A stretch of 64,000 bases of DNA from an uncultured Gammaproteobacteria bacterium (GCA_964466835.1 CAYXNV010000002.1:3779-67778), one strand, 5' to 3'; shown: positions 39,484 through 50,784, counted from the stretch's first letter. Made by a program: numbers and translations. The notes: generated by a model not told the origin, from the letters alone.

Positions 39484-41568
39484 ATGGCTCGAGATTATTC
39501 GTTAGAAGACATTAGAAATATTGGCATCATGGCTCACATTGATGCTGGTAAAACCACTTTTACTGAACGTGTTTTATTTTACACTGGTAAAAAGCATAAA
39601 ATTGGTGAAGTTCATGAAGGCGCAGCTGAAATGGACTGGATGGACCAAGAAAAAGAACGTGGCATTACAATTACTTCGGCTGCTACTACTTGTTTTTGGA
39701 ACAATAAAAAGATTAATATTATTGATACTCCCGGACACGTTGACTTCACAGTTGAAGTTGAACGATCTTTACGTGTTCTTGATAGTGCCGTGGCTGTTTT
39801 TGATGGTCAAGCTGGAGTAGAGCCACAATCAGAAACTGTTTGGCGCCAAGCTGATAAATATCAAGTTCCTCGTCTTTGTTTTGTTAACAAGATGGATAAG
39901 ATGGGAGCTGATTTTTATATGAGTTTAGAATCTATCCGTTCTCGTTTAAGTAATAAAGCAGTAGCAATACAATTACCAATTGGGGCTGAGAGTAATTTAT
40001 CAGGAGTAATTGATCTATTAACTCGTAAAGCTTATAAATTTAGTGGTCATTTGGGTTCAGTGGTTGAGGAAATTGAAATTCCTGAAGATATGAAGGATAA
40101 AGTAGAAAAATATCGCAGTGAATTAATAGAAAGAGCAGTTGAATCTGATGAAGCTACCATGGAAAAATATTTAGCTGGTGAAGAAGTTAGTGTTGAAGAA
40201 TTGAAAGTAGCGATTAGAAAAGGAACAATTGCTAATGATTTATATCCAGTACTAGTTGGTACTGCTTTACAAAACATTGGTGTTCAATTAGTTTTAGATG
40301 CTGTGGTTGAATATCTACCTTCACCATTAGATGTCCCTGATATTGAAGGAACTGATACTGATGATGAGGAAAAGAAGGAAATGGTGAAAGCAGATGATAA
40401 TGCTCCTTTCGTTGGTTTAGCTTTTAAAATCGCTACTGATCCTTTTGTAGGAAAGCTTTGTTTTGTTCGTGTCTATCAAGGTATTCTTAAATCAGGTTCA
40501 TATATTATTAATTCATCTACAGGCAAGAAAGAAAGAATTGGTCGTTTAGTGCGAATGCATTCTAATCACCGGGAAGAGGTGAAGGAATTATATGCTGGCG
40601 ACATTGCTGCTATTATTGGTCTTAAAAACACCACTACTGGTAATACTCTTTGTGATGAAAATAAGTCACTATTACTAGAGTCAATTACTTTCCCTGAACC
40701 AGTTATTAAAATTGCGGTTGAACCAAAGACTAAAGCTGATCAAGAGAAAATGGGAGTAGCTCTGCAACGTCTAGCTGAAGAAGACCCTACTTTCCGAGTA
40801 GAAACAGATGAAGAGACTAATCAAGTCCTTATCTCTGGTATGGGAGAACTTCACTTAGATATTATTGTTGATCGGATGAAGAGAGAATTTGATGTTGAAG
40901 CTAATGTTGGTAAACCACAAGTATCATATCGTGAAACTATTACTAAGATTGCTGAAGCAGAACATAAATATGCCAAACAATCAGGTGGTCGTGGCCAATA
41001 TGGTCATTGTTATCTAAGAGTTGAGCCAATGGAGCCAGGTAAGGGCTATGAGTTTGCAGATGAAGTTAAAGGTGGTGTTATTCCTAAAGAATTTATTCCA
41101 GCGGTAGAGAAGGGTGTTAAAGAAGCGCTATTAAGTGGTATACTAGCTGGTTATCCAATGGTTGATGTTAAAACAGCTGTTTATGATGGTAGCTATCATG
41201 AAGTTGACTCTTCTGAAGTTGCCTTTAAAATGGCTGCTATTTTCGCTTTCAAAGATGCTTGTCAGAAAGCCGGACCAGTTTTAATGGAACCAATTATGAA
41301 AGTGGAAGTTGTTACCCCAGAAGAATATATGGGAAATATTATTGGTGATTTAAACGCTAAACGTGGTCATATTGAAGAAATGGTTGATCGTGCTAATGCT
41401 AAAGTGGTTAATGCTAAAGTGCCACTAGCGGAAATGTTTGGTTATGCCACCTCACTCCGTTCTATGAGCCAGGGCAGAGCCAATTACACCATGGAATTTG
41501 GCCATTATCACGAAGTTCCTAAGAGTATTCTTGAACAGATCCAAGAAAAGAATGGAAAAACTGAATAA
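39484..41568 (+). CDS. fusA: Elongation factor G
   Basis: [38 protein letters not shown]. Confidence 0.98.
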   Translation: MARDYSLEDIRNIGIMAHIDAGKTTFTERVLFYTGKKHKIGEVHEGAAEMDWMDQEKERGITITSAATTCFWNNKKINIIDTPGHVDFTVEVERSLRVLDSAVAVFDGQAGVEPQSETVWRQADKYQVPRLCFVNKMDKMGADFYMSLESIRSRLSNKAVAIQLPIGAESNLSGVIDLLTRKAYKFSGHLGSVVEEIEIPEDMKDKVEKYRSELIERAVESDEATMEKYLAGEEVSVEELKVAIRKGTIANDLYPVLVGTALQNIGVQLVLDAVVEYLPSPLDVPDIEGTDTDDEEKKEMVKADDNAPFVGLAFKIATDPFVGKLCFVRVYQGILKSGSYIINSSTGKKERIGRLVRMHSNHREEVKELYAGDIAAIIGLKNTTTGNTLCDENKSLLLESITFPEPVIKIAVEPKTKADQEKMGVALQRLAEEDPTFRVETDEETNQVLISGMGELHLDIIVDRMKREFDVEANVGKPQVSYRETITKIAEAEHKYAKQSGGRGQYGHCYLRVEPMEPGKGYEFADEVKGGVIPKEFIPAVEKGVKEALLSGILAGYPMVDVKTAVYDGSYHEVDSSEVAFKMAAIFAFKDACQKAGPVLMEPIMKVEVVTPEEYMGNIIGDLNAKRGHIEEMVDRANAKVVNAKVPLAEMFGYATSLRSMSQGRANYTMEFGHYHEVPKSILEQIQEKNGKTE

Positions 41569-41585
41569 TAATTAAATTTACATAT

Positions 41586-41915
41586 ATGTTGCCAGAACAA
41601 TTAAAAAAAATATTAAAATTAATTAAGAAAACTGGTGATAGAGTAATTATTTTTGATGCTAATTTTCCTGAAGATTCTTTTGTGGTCATGGGTTTAGATC
41701 GCTACACTGAAATGACTGATAATGATGAATCTGTCAAATCAGGGCCAGTTGAGCCCGCAAATTTGACAGAAGGAGATTTAACTGATAAAATTAATCGCGA
41801 AATATCAATGTGGAAGAACCAGAAAAATGAAAATGAATTAGGAGAAGAAAGTGGTCCCGGAAAGACCTGGAAGATACCTCCCAAGGTAGTAGATAATGCG
41901 GAAAACATTGAATAA
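41586..41915 (+). CDS. Hypothetical protein between fusA and tuf
   Basis: 109-aa ORF with operon-like spacing. Confidence 0.7.
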   Translation: MLPEQLKKILKLIKKTGDRVIIFDANFPEDSFVVMGLDRYTEMTDNDESVKSGPVEPANLTEGDLTDKINREISMWKNQKNENELGEESGPGKTWKIPPKVVDNAENIE

Positions 41916-41933
41916 AATAATAATTTAGTTTAT

Positions 41934-42263
41934 ATGGACAAAAAAGAGGGTAAATTTTTTATCGGTGAGGAACCAGTAGGTAAAAAGCCTGAAGAAGAAC
42001 CCATTAAAATTAACGAAGAAACTGGTAAACCCGAAGTATTTATTAATGAAAGACCAGTAAATGAGAAGACTCCAGGTGAACAAATTGAAGAGAAATTAGG
42101 AGAATTATCACCAGAGAAACAAATGGAGTTTATTAAAAAATGTCTTTTGCCTGAAGTAGAGATAAATCGTATTATCATAGAACATGTTAAAAATAGTGGA
42201 CAACTTAAAGAGATGACTTCATTGGCTCTGGAAAAATTAGAAGAAATTGCTTCAAAAAATTAA
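41934..42263 (+). CDS. Acidic hypothetical protein between fusA and tuf
   Basis: 109-aa Glu-rich ORF. Confidence 0.65.
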   Translation: MDKKEGKFFIGEEPVGKKPEEEPIKINEETGKPEVFINERPVNEKTPGEQIEEKLGELSPEKQMEFIKKCLLPEVEINRIIIEHVKNSGQLKEMTSLALEKLEEIASKN

Positions 42264-42295
42264 TTAATTAATAAAATTATAAATAATAATTTAGG

Positions 42296-42346
42296 ACGGC
42301 TGGTTTCCTTTATGGGAAAGAAACCTCGTAATAAGACGAGGGCCGT
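42296..42346 (+). ncRNA. Candidate cis-regulatory structured RNA upstream of tuf
   Basis: GC-rich three-stem junction: ACGGCT/GGCCGT enclosing two hairpins. Confidence 0.45.
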
Positions 42347-42357
42347 GTAAAAAGAAT

Positions 42358-43545
42358 ATGGCAGAAAAATTTGAAAGAACAAAGCCCCATGTTAACGTTG
42401 GTACTATTGGCCACGTTGACCATGGGAAAACCACTTTAACCGCCGCTATGTTAGCTATTTTTGATGCTAAAGGCATGAAAGCTTCTAAGAAAGGCGTTAA
42501 TGAAATTGATGCTGCTCCAGAAGAAAAAGAACGTGGTATTACTATTGCTACCGCTCATGTTGAGTATGAGACTGAAGGACGTCACTATGCTCACGTTGAC
42601 TGTCCTGGCCACGCTGATTATGTGAAAAACATGATTACTGGTGCTGCTCAAATGGATGGTGCTATCTTAGTAGTTTCCGCTACTGATGGCCCTATGCCTC
42701 AAACTAGAGAGCATATCCTATTAGCTCGTCAAGTTGGTGTTCCTTATATCGTTGTCTATTTAAACAAATGTGACATGGTAGAAGACAAGGAATTAATTGA
42801 CTTGGTTGAAGAGGAAGTTCGTGATTTACTAAAGAAATACGAATTCCCAGGAGAAACTACTCCAATTATTCGTGGTAGTGCTCTAAAAGCTTTAGAAAAT
42901 CCAACTGGTCCTGATGCTGATTCAATTCTAGAATTGATGAAGTCTCTAGATGAATATATTCCTGAACCCAAAAGAGAAGTTGATAAACCTTTCTTGATGC
43001 CAATTGAAGATATCTTCTCAATTGAAGGTCGTGGTACAGTTGTAACTGGTAGAATCGACAGAGGTATTGCTAAAGTAGGTGAAGAAGTAGAGATTGTTGG
43101 TTTAATGGACACTAAGAAGACCACTATTACTGGCGTAGAGATGTTTAATAAATCTCTAGATGAAGGTCAAGCTGGTGATAATGCCGGTATCCTATTACGT
43201 GGTACTAAAAAGGATGAAGTTGAACGTGGTCAAGTATTATGTCAACCAGGTTCAATTACTCCTCACACTGAATTCACTGCTGAAGTTTATGTTCTAAGCA
43301 AAGAAGAAGGTGGTCGTCACAAACCTTTCTTTAAAGGTTATAAACCACAATTCTACATCCGAACCACTGATGTTACTGGTGAAATTACTCTTCCAGCTGG
43401 CACTGAAATGGTCATGCCTGGCGATACCGTTAACTTAGATGTTAAGTTAATTAGCCCAATCGCTCTTGAAGAAAAGCAAAGATTTGCTATTCGTGAAGGT
43501 GGCCGCACTGTCGGTGCTGGTGTTATTACTAAAATTTTGAAGTAA
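42358..43545 (+). CDS. tuf: Elongation factor Tu
   Basis: [31 protein letters not shown]. Confidence 0.98.
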   Translation: MAEKFERTKPHVNVGTIGHVDHGKTTLTAAMLAIFDAKGMKASKKGVNEIDAAPEEKERGITIATAHVEYETEGRHYAHVDCPGHADYVKNMITGAAQMDGAILVVSATDGPMPQTREHILLARQVGVPYIVVYLNKCDMVEDKELIDLVEEEVRDLLKKYEFPGETTPIIRGSALKALENPTGPDADSILELMKSLDEYIPEPKREVDKPFLMPIEDIFSIEGRGTVVTGRIDRGIAKVGEEVEIVGLMDTKKTTITGVEMFNKSLDEGQAGDNAGILLRGTKKDEVERGQVLCQPGSITPHTEFTAEVYVLSKEEGGRHKPFFKGYKPQFYIRTTDVTGEITLPAGTEMVMPGDTVNLDVKLISPIALEEKQRFAIREGGRTVGAGVITKILK

Positions 43546-43555
43546 GTAGATACTT

Positions 43556-43582
43556 AGCCCCGCTCTTAATAAGAGCGGGGTT
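43556..43582 (+). terminator. Strong hairpin after tuf
   Basis: AGCCCCGCTCTTA/TAAGAGCGGGGTT; weak T tract. Confidence 0.7.
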
Positions 43583-43624
43583 GTAGTGTTTATTTAAATT
43601 AAAAAGATCAAGGAAACAAAAATT

Positions 43625-43960
43625 ATGCCCGAGAAAAAGAAAGAAGAAAAGGAATTTAAGCAGAGAATAAGGATTAAAATCAAAGCTTTTGATCACAAGA
43701 TTATTGATCAGTCTACTAAAACCATTGTAGAGACTGTTGAACGTTCTGACGCCCAATTTTTTGGGCCAATTCCACTGCCGACTGAGAAAAAAAAGTACAC
43801 AGTCAATCGTTCTACTTTTGTTCATAAAGACGCTCGTGATCAATATGAAATGAGGACGCATAAAAGAATTATTGATATTATTGATCCAACTGCTAAAACC
43901 ATTGAAGATTTGACTAATCTTAGCCTACCAGCTGGAGTTGACGTTGAAATAAAAATGTAG
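43625..43960 (+). CDS. rpsJ: 30S ribosomal protein S10 (NusE)
   Basis: [28 protein letters not shown]. Confidence 0.97.
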   Translation: MPEKKKEEKEFKQRIRIKIKAFDHKIIDQSTKTIVETVERSDAQFFGPIPLPTEKKKYTVNRSTFVHKDARDQYEMRTHKRIIDIIDPTAKTIEDLTNLSLPAGVDVEIKM

Positions 43961-44120
43961 TAATATAACAAAAGATATTTAAAGTATTGAGATTTGTTTA
44001 AATAACTCTCATTAAAGGAAAGTGTTTAAATCGAAATCAATTACTATTTGGAGGTAAGCCACTAAAATATAAAATAATAAAACGTGAGAAAATAAAGTTA
44101 TTTTTATTGTTTTTGTTTTA

Positions 44121-44147
44121 AGCTGGCTGAAGCCAGTTTTTGTTTTT
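44121..44147 (+). terminator. Terminator-like hairpin just upstream of rplC (possible attenuator)
   Basis: AGCTGGC-TGAA-GCCAGTT then TTTGTTTTT. Confidence 0.55.
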
Positions 44148-44159
44148 AGAGAAATCATT

Positions 44160-45038
44160 ATGAAATTTATTTTAGGAAAAAAAATGAATATGACCCAAAT
44201 TTGGGAAAATGATAAGGTAATAGCTGTTACCCCGGTTTTAGCTGGTCCTTGCGTGGTTGCTCAGGTAAAAACTAAAGATTCTGATGGTTATGGCGCCCTA
44301 CAATTATCTTTTGGAGAAAAGAAAGAAAAAAATATTAAAAAACCACAATTAGGTCATGTAAAAAAATTAAATATTAAACCCCGCCACTTAAAAGAATTTA
44401 GAACTAATGAATTGGGTGAAGTTAAAGCGGGTGATATCATTAATGTCGCTACTTTTGAAAAGGGCGACATTGTTGCTGTTACTGGCACTTCTAAAGGTAA
44501 AGGTTTTCAAGGGGTAGTTAAAAGACATGGCTTTAAGGGTCAACCAACAACTCATGGTACTAAAGACCAAGTTAGAATGCCAGGTTCAATTGGTCCTTTA
44601 GGTCCAGCTCACGTTTTTAAAGGTACTCGCATGGGTGGTCGCATGGGTGGTAAAAAAATTACTACTACTAATTTAGAAATTATTAAAATTGATTTAGATA
44701 ATAATCTTTTATTTATCAAAGGAGCTGTCCCTGGGGCAATTAACGGTTTGTTAATGATCAAAGGTCAAGGTGAATTAAAGGTTAATGTTAAACCAGAAGT
44801 GAAGAAGGAAGAAGAGGCTCCAAAGGAAGAAAAAGCAGAGGAAGCAAAAGAGGAAAAGATTGAGGAAAAGAAAGAAGAAGTTAAGGAAGAAAAAGTAGAA
44901 GACAAAAAAGAAGAAGCTCCAAAAAAAGAAACAAAAGAAAAGAAAGAAGATAAACCAGCTGAAAAGAAAGAAAAGAAGGCTGAGGATAAAAAAGAAGAAA
45001 AAAAGGAAAAGGTTAAGGAAGAAACTCCTAAAAAATAA
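44160..45038 (+). CDS. rplC: 50S ribosomal protein L3 with K/E-rich C-terminal tail
   Basis: GTSKGKGFQGVVKRH, KGAVPG. Confidence 0.96.
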   Translation: MKFILGKKMNMTQIWENDKVIAVTPVLAGPCVVAQVKTKDSDGYGALQLSFGEKKEKNIKKPQLGHVKKLNIKPRHLKEFRTNELGEVKAGDIINVATFEKGDIVAVTGTSKGKGFQGVVKRHGFKGQPTTHGTKDQVRMPGSIGPLGPAHVFKGTRMGGRMGGKKITTTNLEIIKIDLDNNLLFIKGAVPGAINGLLMIKGQGELKVNVKPEVKKEEEAPKEEKAEEAKEEKIEEKKEEVKEEKVEDKKEEAPKKETKEKKEDKPAEKKEKKAEDKKEEKKEKVKEETPKK

Positions 45039-45055
45039 ATATAATTAATTATTAT

Positions 45056-45703
45056 ATGTCCCTAAAGACAAAAGTATACAATCAATCTGCCGAAGCTGTT
45101 AGTGATTTAAATTTATCTGCTAAGATTTTTGCTGTAGAAGCTAATGAAGAGTTACTTCATCAAGCAATGGTAACTCAATCAGCTAATGAACGTCAGGTTT
45201 TAGCCCACACTAAAGATCGTAGTGAGGTTAGAGGTGGTGGTCGTAAGCCTTGGCGTCAAAAAGGAACTGGTCGTGCCCGAGCTGGTAGTTCACGTTCACC
45301 AATCTGGATTGGTGGTGGAGTTACTTTTGGCCCTAGAAAAGAACGTAGTTTTAAAAAGAAAATCAATAAGAAGATGAAACAGAAAGCAATGTTTATGGCC
45401 TTGTCTGATAAAGTTAATAATAAATCTCTAGTGGTAATTGATAAATTAGAGTTAAAAGAATATAAAACTAAGAAGTTAAATGAAATTATTACTACTTTAG
45501 AAAAAAAGATTTTAAAAAATGAACGTCGTAGTATTCTAATTATTAATAATGCTAAAGATGATAAAGTTAAATATTCTGGACGTAATTTACAGGGAGCTAA
45601 AATTATTAATTTAGAAAATATTAATATTATTGATTTATTAGCTTATAAAAATCTATTAATTAGCGAAGAAGCTGTTAAATCATTAGAAAAGAAATATAAA
45701 TAA
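45056..45703 (+). CDS. rplD: 50S ribosomal protein L4
   Basis: RGGGRKPWRQKGTGRARAGS. Confidence 0.97.
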   Translation: MSLKTKVYNQSAEAVSDLNLSAKIFAVEANEELLHQAMVTQSANERQVLAHTKDRSEVRGGGRKPWRQKGTGRARAGSSRSPIWIGGGVTFGPRKERSFKKKINKKMKQKAMFMALSDKVNNKSLVVIDKLELKEYKTKKLNEIITTLEKKILKNERRSILIINNAKDDKVKYSGRNLQGAKIINLENINIIDLLAYKNLLISEEAVKSLEKKYK

Positions 45704-45708
45704 AAAGT

Positions 45709-46188
45709 ATGCCTTTATTCGGATCTAAAAAAGATAAAACTAAAGATGATAAGCCAGTTGCTAAGGTTGCTAAAAAAGAAAAGAAAGAAGCAAAGAAGGA
45801 AGATAAGAAAGAAACTGCTTCTAGCATGAAGGATTTGTATAGTGAAGAACCTAAAAAAGTAAGTAAAAGTAAAACTGAAGCTAAAAAGAAAGCGACTAAA
45901 TATACTAGTGCTTATCGTATTTTGGTTAGACCTTTAATTACTGAAAAGGCTACTAATTTGAGTGCTGAAAATAAATATGCCTTTATTGTCGCCACAGAAG
46001 CTAATAAAATTGAAGTAGCTAAAGCAATTAAAGCTACTTATGGTGTTAAACCAGTGTCTGTTAATTTAATTAATGTTAAAGGTAAAAAGGTTACTCGCGG
46101 TCGCATTCAAGGCAAGCGAAAAGATTTTAAAAAAGCAATTGTCACCCTACCTAAGGGCGAGACTATTAAGATTTACGAAGGAGTTTAA
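45709..46188 (+). CDS. rplW: 50S ribosomal protein L23 with N-terminal extension
   Basis: [24 protein letters not shown]. Confidence 0.94.
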   Translation: MPLFGSKKDKTKDDKPVAKVAKKEKKEAKKEDKKETASSMKDLYSEEPKKVSKSKTEAKKKATKYTSAYRILVRPLITEKATNLSAENKYAFIVATEANKIEVAKAIKATYGVKPVSVNLINVKGKKVTRGRIQGKRKDFKKAIVTLPKGETIKIYEGV

Positions 46189-46202
46189 TATTTATTGAAA
46201 AT

Positions 46203-47039
46203 ATGGGAATTAAAAAAGTAAAACCTAATACCCCTGGTAGACGTCAAGCCACTTTTGATGATTTTTCTGATATTACTAAAACTAAACCAGAAAAAGCTTT
46301 AGTTACCATTAAAAAGAAACGAGGCGGTCGTAATGCTCAAGGAAAAATTACTATTCGTCATCGTGGTGGCGGTACTAAACGTTATATCCGTCAGGTTGAT
46401 TATATTAGAGATAAGTTTGATATCCCCGCCACTGTTAAAGCAATTGAGTACGATCCCAATAGGGGAGCTCGTTTAGCTTTATTAAACTATGCTGACGGAG
46501 AAAAAAGATATATTGTTGCCCCAGTTGGTTTGAAGGTTGGTGATAAGATTATGAGTTCTAAAGAGTTAATTGAAATAAAAACTGGTAATGCTTTACCACT
46601 TAAATTTATCCCAGCTGGAATGGCAATTAGTTGTGTTGAATTAGAACCAGGACAGGGAGCTAAAATTGCTCGGGGAGCTGGAAACGTTGTTTATGTCATG
46701 GGCGTAGAAAAGAAGTTTGCTCAAGTAAAGCTACCAAGTGGAGAAATTCGTTTAATTAAAAAAGAATGTTTAGCCACCGTTGGTCAAGCTAGTAATCCTG
46801 ATAAACGTCATATCTCTTTAGGGAAAGCCGGTCGTACTCGTCATCTAGGAATTCGTCCGACTGTTCGTGGTTCAGCTATGAATCCAGTTGATCACCCCCA
46901 TGGTGGTGGTGAAGGCAATCAGCCAATTGGTTTAAAGCATCCCAAAACTAAATGGGGTAAACCAGCTTTAGGTGTGAAAACCAGACGAAGACGTCCAAGT
47001 GATAAGTTGATTATTAAACGTCGTAAGAAAAGAAAATAA
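46203..47039 (+). CDS. rplB: 50S ribosomal protein L2
   Basis: [19 protein letters not shown]. Confidence 0.97.
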   Translation: MGIKKVKPNTPGRRQATFDDFSDITKTKPEKALVTIKKKRGGRNAQGKITIRHRGGGTKRYIRQVDYIRDKFDIPATVKAIEYDPNRGARLALLNYADGEKRYIVAPVGLKVGDKIMSSKELIEIKTGNALPLKFIPAGMAISCVELEPGQGAKIARGAGNVVYVMGVEKKFAQVKLPSGEIRLIKKECLATVGQASNPDKRHISLGKAGRTRHLGIRPTVRGSAMNPVDHPHGGGEGNQPIGLKHPKTKWGKPALGVKTRRRRPSDKLIIKRRKKRK

Positions 47040-47064
47040 TTAGTAATTAGTTAATTTAAGTAAT

Positions 47065-47352
47065 ATGTCCAGAAGTTTGAAAAAAGGACCCTATGTTAAT
47101 CCAAGGATTCTTAAAAAAATACAAAATTTAAAACAGGGTGATAAAACCGTGATTAAAGTTTGGGATCGAGCCTGTACTATCACTCCAGAAATGGTTGGTT
47201 TTACCATTGGTGTTCATAATGGTCGACAACATACCCCTGTTTATATTGTAGAAAATATGGTTGGACATCGTTTGGGAGAATTTTCACCGACTCGTAAGTT
47301 TGTTTCTCATGGTGGTAAAATGGCTAAAACTCAAGCCCAAGCTAAGAAATAA
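47065..47352 (+). CDS. rpsS: 30S ribosomal protein S19
   Basis: [22 protein letters not shown]. Confidence 0.97.
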   Translation: MSRSLKKGPYVNPRILKKIQNLKQGDKTVIKVWDRACTITPEMVGFTIGVHNGRQHTPVYIVENMVGHRLGEFSPTRKFVSHGGKMAKTQAQAKK

Positions 47353-47364
47353 TTATTTATTAAT

Positions 47365-47925
47365 ATGGAAGCAAAAGCAAAATTAAAACATTTAAGAATG
47401 TCACCGCGGAAAGTCCGTTTGGTTATTGATGTTATCCGAACCATGCCAGTTATGGAAGCTTTAGATCAGCTCAAATTTATTAACAAAAGAGCAGCTGGAC
47501 CGATTATTAAATTAATTAATTCTGCTATTGCTAATGCTGAGAATACCTATAGTTTAGAAAAAGATAATTTATATATTAAAGAAATTAAAGTTGATGAAGC
47601 CGCTACTCTAAAGCGTTGGATGCCTAGAGCTCATGGTCGAGCCACCACTATCCGCAAAAGAGGATCACATATTTCATTAGTTTTGGCAGAAATAAAAGCT
47701 AGTGGCAAAAAAACTAAAAAAACTGTTAAAGCTGAAGCTCCAGTTAAATTAGATAAATTGAGAGAAAAGAAGGCAAGCAAAGAAGATAAGAAAGAGAAAA
47801 AAGAAAATATAACTAAAAATATTTCTGAAGATAAAAGCCGAGAAACAATTGATTCTCAAAAAACTAAAACTGACAGAACAGGTAAGGGTTTTGCGGGCAA
47901 AGTCTTTAGAAGAAAAGCAGGATAA
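47365..47925 (+). CDS. rplV: 50S ribosomal protein L22 with C-terminal extension
   Basis: SPRKVRLV, SAIANAE, PRAHGRA. Confidence 0.95.
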   Translation: MEAKAKLKHLRMSPRKVRLVIDVIRTMPVMEALDQLKFINKRAAGPIIKLINSAIANAENTYSLEKDNLYIKEIKVDEAATLKRWMPRAHGRATTIRKRGSHISLVLAEIKASGKKTKKTVKAEAPVKLDKLREKKASKEDKKEKKENITKNISEDKSRETIDSQKTKTDRTGKGFAGKVFRRKAG

Positions 47926-47936
47926 TTTAATTTTAT

Positions 47937-48617
47937 ATGGGTAAAAAAGTAAATCCAAAAATATTCAGAATCGGTGTCATTAAAACTTGGCCATCAGTTT
48001 GGTTTGAGAAGGGTGATCAATATGTTAAGAATGTTAAACAAGACGTTAATGTTCGTCGTCATTTAATTAGAGAGCACCGAGAAGCAGGAATTGATAAGGT
48101 TGAAATTATTCGCGGAATTAATAAAATTGAAGTTAATATTTGGACAGCCAAGCCCGGTATTATTATCGGTCGTGGTGGTGATGGGGTAGAAAAGTTAAAA
48201 AAAGACTTGCATGATAAGTATTTGAAGAGTTTTCGTATGCAAGAAATTAATTTAAATATTAAAGAAGTTAGTCGTCCCAATTTAAGTGCTCAGATCATGG
48301 TTCAAGCCATGATTATGGAAATCGAAAAAAGGATGCCATATCGTCGGGTAATGAAACAGGCGATTGCTAGGGCAGAAAGAGCCGGTGCTTTAGGGATTAA
48401 GATAGTTGTGGCTGGACGTTTAAATGGAGCGGAAATTGCTCGTAGTGAAAAGTTAGTATCTGGAAAAGTGCCTTTACACACCCTGAGGGCTGATATTGAT
48501 TATGCTCGCGGAGCTGCTCGTACTACCTATGGAGCAATTGGGATTAAGGTTTGGATTTATAAAGGAGAAATTTTTGAAAAAGATAAAGATAAAAAAGGAG
48601 AGATTATTGAAAACTAA
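47937..48617 (+). CDS. rpsC: 30S ribosomal protein S3
   Basis: GRLNGAEIARSE, VPLHTLRADIDY. Confidence 0.97.
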   Translation: MGKKVNPKIFRIGVIKTWPSVWFEKGDQYVKNVKQDVNVRRHLIREHREAGIDKVEIIRGINKIEVNIWTAKPGIIIGRGGDGVEKLKKDLHDKYLKSFRMQEINLNIKEVSRPNLSAQIMVQAMIMEIEKRMPYRRVMKQAIARAERAGALGIKIVVAGRLNGAEIARSEKLVSGKVPLHTLRADIDYARGAARTTYGAIGIKVWIYKGEIFEKDKDKKGEIIEN

Positions 48618-48641
48618 AATTAGTTTTAGGTTTATAAAAGT

Positions 48642-49049
48642 ATGTTAATGCCAAAGAAAACTAAATATCGAAAAGATCATAAACGTCGCCGAGGCGGTAA
48701 AGCTACCCGCATGACTAAAATTAGTTTTGGTAGTTATGGTTTGAAGAGTTTAAGTGCCCACTGGGTTACTTCTCGCCAAATTGAATCAGCTCGTCGAGTT
48801 ATTACCAGATATGTAAAAAAGGGTGGTAAAGTTTGGATTAGAATTTTTCCTGATAAGCCAGTTACTAACCATGGTGGTGAAATGGGCATGGGACAAGGTA
48901 AAGGTTCAGTTGACTATTATGTTGCTATTGTTAAGCCTGGTACAGTTATGTTTGAAATTGAAGGTATTGATAGAGAAACAGCCAAGGAAGCTTTGGAATT
49001 AGCCGCCTATAAACTACCAGTTAAGTGTAAGTTTGTCAGTAAAGACTAA
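48642..49049 (+). CDS. rplP: 50S ribosomal protein L16
   Basis: RQIESAR, WIRIFPDKP, MGQGKG. Confidence 0.97.
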   Translation: MLMPKKTKYRKDHKRRRGGKATRMTKISFGSYGLKSLSAHWVTSRQIESARRVITRYVKKGGKVWIRIFPDKPVTNHGGEMGMGQGKGSVDYYVAIVKPGTVMFEIEGIDRETAKEALELAAYKLPVKCKFVSKD

Positions 49050-49058
49050 TATAAAAAT

Positions 49059-49244
49059 ATGGAATTTAAAGAGTTAAAAAATAAAGATAAGAGTGATTTA
49101 CAAAAATTATTAAAAAGTTCTCGAGAAAAATTAAGAGAGCTACGCTTTAAGGACTCTAATAAACAATTAAAGAATATTAGAGAAATCAGAGCTCTCAGAA
49201 CAACCATCGCTCAGGTTTTAACTTTATTAAATAAACAAAAATAA
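49059..49244 (+). CDS. rpmC: 50S ribosomal protein L29
   Basis: Position in the S10 cluster; LRELRF...IRALRTTIAQ. Confidence 0.9.
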   Translation: MEFKELKNKDKSDLQKLLKSSREKLRELRFKDSNKQLKNIREIRALRTTIAQVLTLLNKQK

Positions 49245-49245
49245 T

Positions 49246-49503
49246 ATGTCCGATAAGAAAACTGAAAAAAAAGAAATAATTCGGAAAAAATTCACAGGCG
49301 AAGTCGTTAGTAATAAAAGTGATAAAACTATTGTTGTTAAAGTTGAAACTGTTAAACAACACCCTAAATATAAAAAAAGATACGTTGTTAGTCGCAAATA
49401 TCAGGTTCATGATGCTAAGAATGAGCACAAGGTTGGCGACAAAGTTGTCTTTATTGAATGTCGTCCCTTAAGTAAAACTAAACGGTGGCGAATTAGTAAG
49501 TAA
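49246..49503 (+). CDS. rpsQ: 30S ribosomal protein S17
   Basis: [23 protein letters not shown]. Confidence 0.96.
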   Translation: MSDKKTEKKEIIRKKFTGEVVSNKSDKTIVVKVETVKQHPKYKKRYVVSRKYQVHDAKNEHKVGDKVVFIECRPLSKTKRWRISK

Positions 49504-49508
49504 ATTAT

Positions 49509-49883
49509 ATGATTCAAGTACAAACAATGTTAAATGTAGCTGATAATTCAGGCGCTAAAAAAGTCCAATGTATTAAAGTGTTGGGCGGTTATAAAAAGCG
49601 CTATGCTCGTGTTGGAGAAGTTATTACTGGAACTGTAAAAACCGCTACTCCTCATACTAGTGTTAAAAAGAGTGATGTTGTTAAGGCGGTAATTGTCAGA
49701 ACTAAAAAAGAAATCCGTCGTCCTGATGGTACTTATTTGCGTTTTGATGATAATGCTTGTGTTATTTTAGTTGATAGAGACAAAAAAGATATTAAGGGAA
49801 CAAGAATTTTTGGTCCCGTAGCTCGAGAAGTTAGACGAGCTGGTTATGTTAAAATTGCTTCTCTAGCCCCAGAAGTATTATAA
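49509..49883 (+). CDS. rplN: 50S ribosomal protein L14
   Basis: [26 protein letters not shown]. Confidence 0.97.
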   Translation: MIQVQTMLNVADNSGAKKVQCIKVLGGYKKRYARVGEVITGTVKTATPHTSVKKSDVVKAVIVRTKKEIRRPDGTYLRFDDNACVILVDRDKKDIKGTRIFGPVAREVRRAGYVKIASLAPEVL

Positions 49884-49894
49884 TTTTCCTTTAT

Positions 49895-50218
49895 ATGAAT
49901 ATTAAAAAGAATGACAAAGTAAAAATATTGACTGGCAAAGATAAAGGTAAAACTGGAAAAGTTTTACAGGTTTTGCCTAAGGAAAATAAACTTAGTATTG
50001 AAGGCTTGAATTTATTGATTAAGCATCTACGACCACGTCGTCAAGGTGAAAAGGGTCAAAGAATTGAATTTCCTTCTTTTATTAACGCCTCCAATGTAAT
50101 GTTGGTTTGTTCTAAGTGTGGTCGTTCTACTAGAGTTGCTTATCAGATTATTAAAGCTGAAGGCAAAAAGGATAAAAAGGTTAGAGTTTGTAAAAAGTGT
50201 AAAGAAATAATTGAGTAA
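49895..50218 (+). CDS. rplX: 50S ribosomal protein L24
   Basis: GKDKGKTGKV KOW motif; two CxxC pairs. Confidence 0.95.
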   Translation: MNIKKNDKVKILTGKDKGKTGKVLQVLPKENKLSIEGLNLLIKHLRPRRQGEKGQRIEFPSFINASNVMLVCSKCGRSTRVAYQIIKAEGKKDKKVRVCKKCKEIIE

Positions 50219-50228
50219 AATAAATCGT

Positions 50229-50774
50229 ATGAAATTAAAAGATAGATATAAAAAAGAAATATTACCACAATTAAAGAAGGATTTTGGTTATAAAAATGAT
50301 TTAATGGCTCCACGTTTAGAAAAGGTGGTAATTAATATTGGCTTTGGTCGTCATAGTAAAGAAAAAAGTTACATTGAGAATATTGAAAAAGGCTTAACTA
50401 AGATTGCTGGCCAGAAGCCAGTACTAACAGTTGCTAAAAAGTCAATTTCTGCCTTTAAAGTCAGACAAGGAATGACCATTGGTGCTAAAGTAACTTTGCG
50501 AGGCGAACGAATGTATGATTTTGTTGATAAATTAGTTAATGTTTCTTTTCCTCGAGTGCGTGATTTCCGTGGTTTAGATACTAAAGCAATTGATAGAAAA
50601 GGAAATTTAACAGTTGGCTTAAAAGAATATGCTGCTTTTCCTGAAATTAAAGCTGAGGATATCCAAGAAATGTATGGATTAGAAGTTTCTCTATCAACTA
50701 CCGCTAAAAATAGGGAAGAAGGTTTAGCCCTTTTTAATCTGATTGGCTTCCCATTTAAAAAAGAAACAAAGTAA
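50229..50774 (+). CDS. rplE: 50S ribosomal protein L5
   Basis: [19 protein letters not shown]; ATG at 50229. Confidence 0.96.
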   Translation: MKLKDRYKKEILPQLKKDFGYKNDLMAPRLEKVVINIGFGRHSKEKSYIENIEKGLTKIAGQKPVLTVAKKSISAFKVRQGMTIGAKVTLRGERMYDFVDKLVNVSFPRVRDFRGLDTKAIDRKGNLTVGLKEYAAFPEIKAEDIQEMYGLEVSLSTTAKNREEGLALFNLIGFPFKKETK

Positions 50775-50784
50775 TTATATAAAT

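Noticed and set aside
42296-42346. Hammerhead ribozyme or tRNA interpretation of the tuf leader structure
   Set aside because: Lacks the CUGANGA core; too short for a tRNA and has no T-loop GTTC
44800-45038. GAA/AAA-rich repetitive DNA in the rplC, rpoA and rpsK tails as a possible tandem repeat or CRISPR
   Set aside because: Low-complexity Lys/Glu coding sequence with no fixed repeat-spacer periodicity
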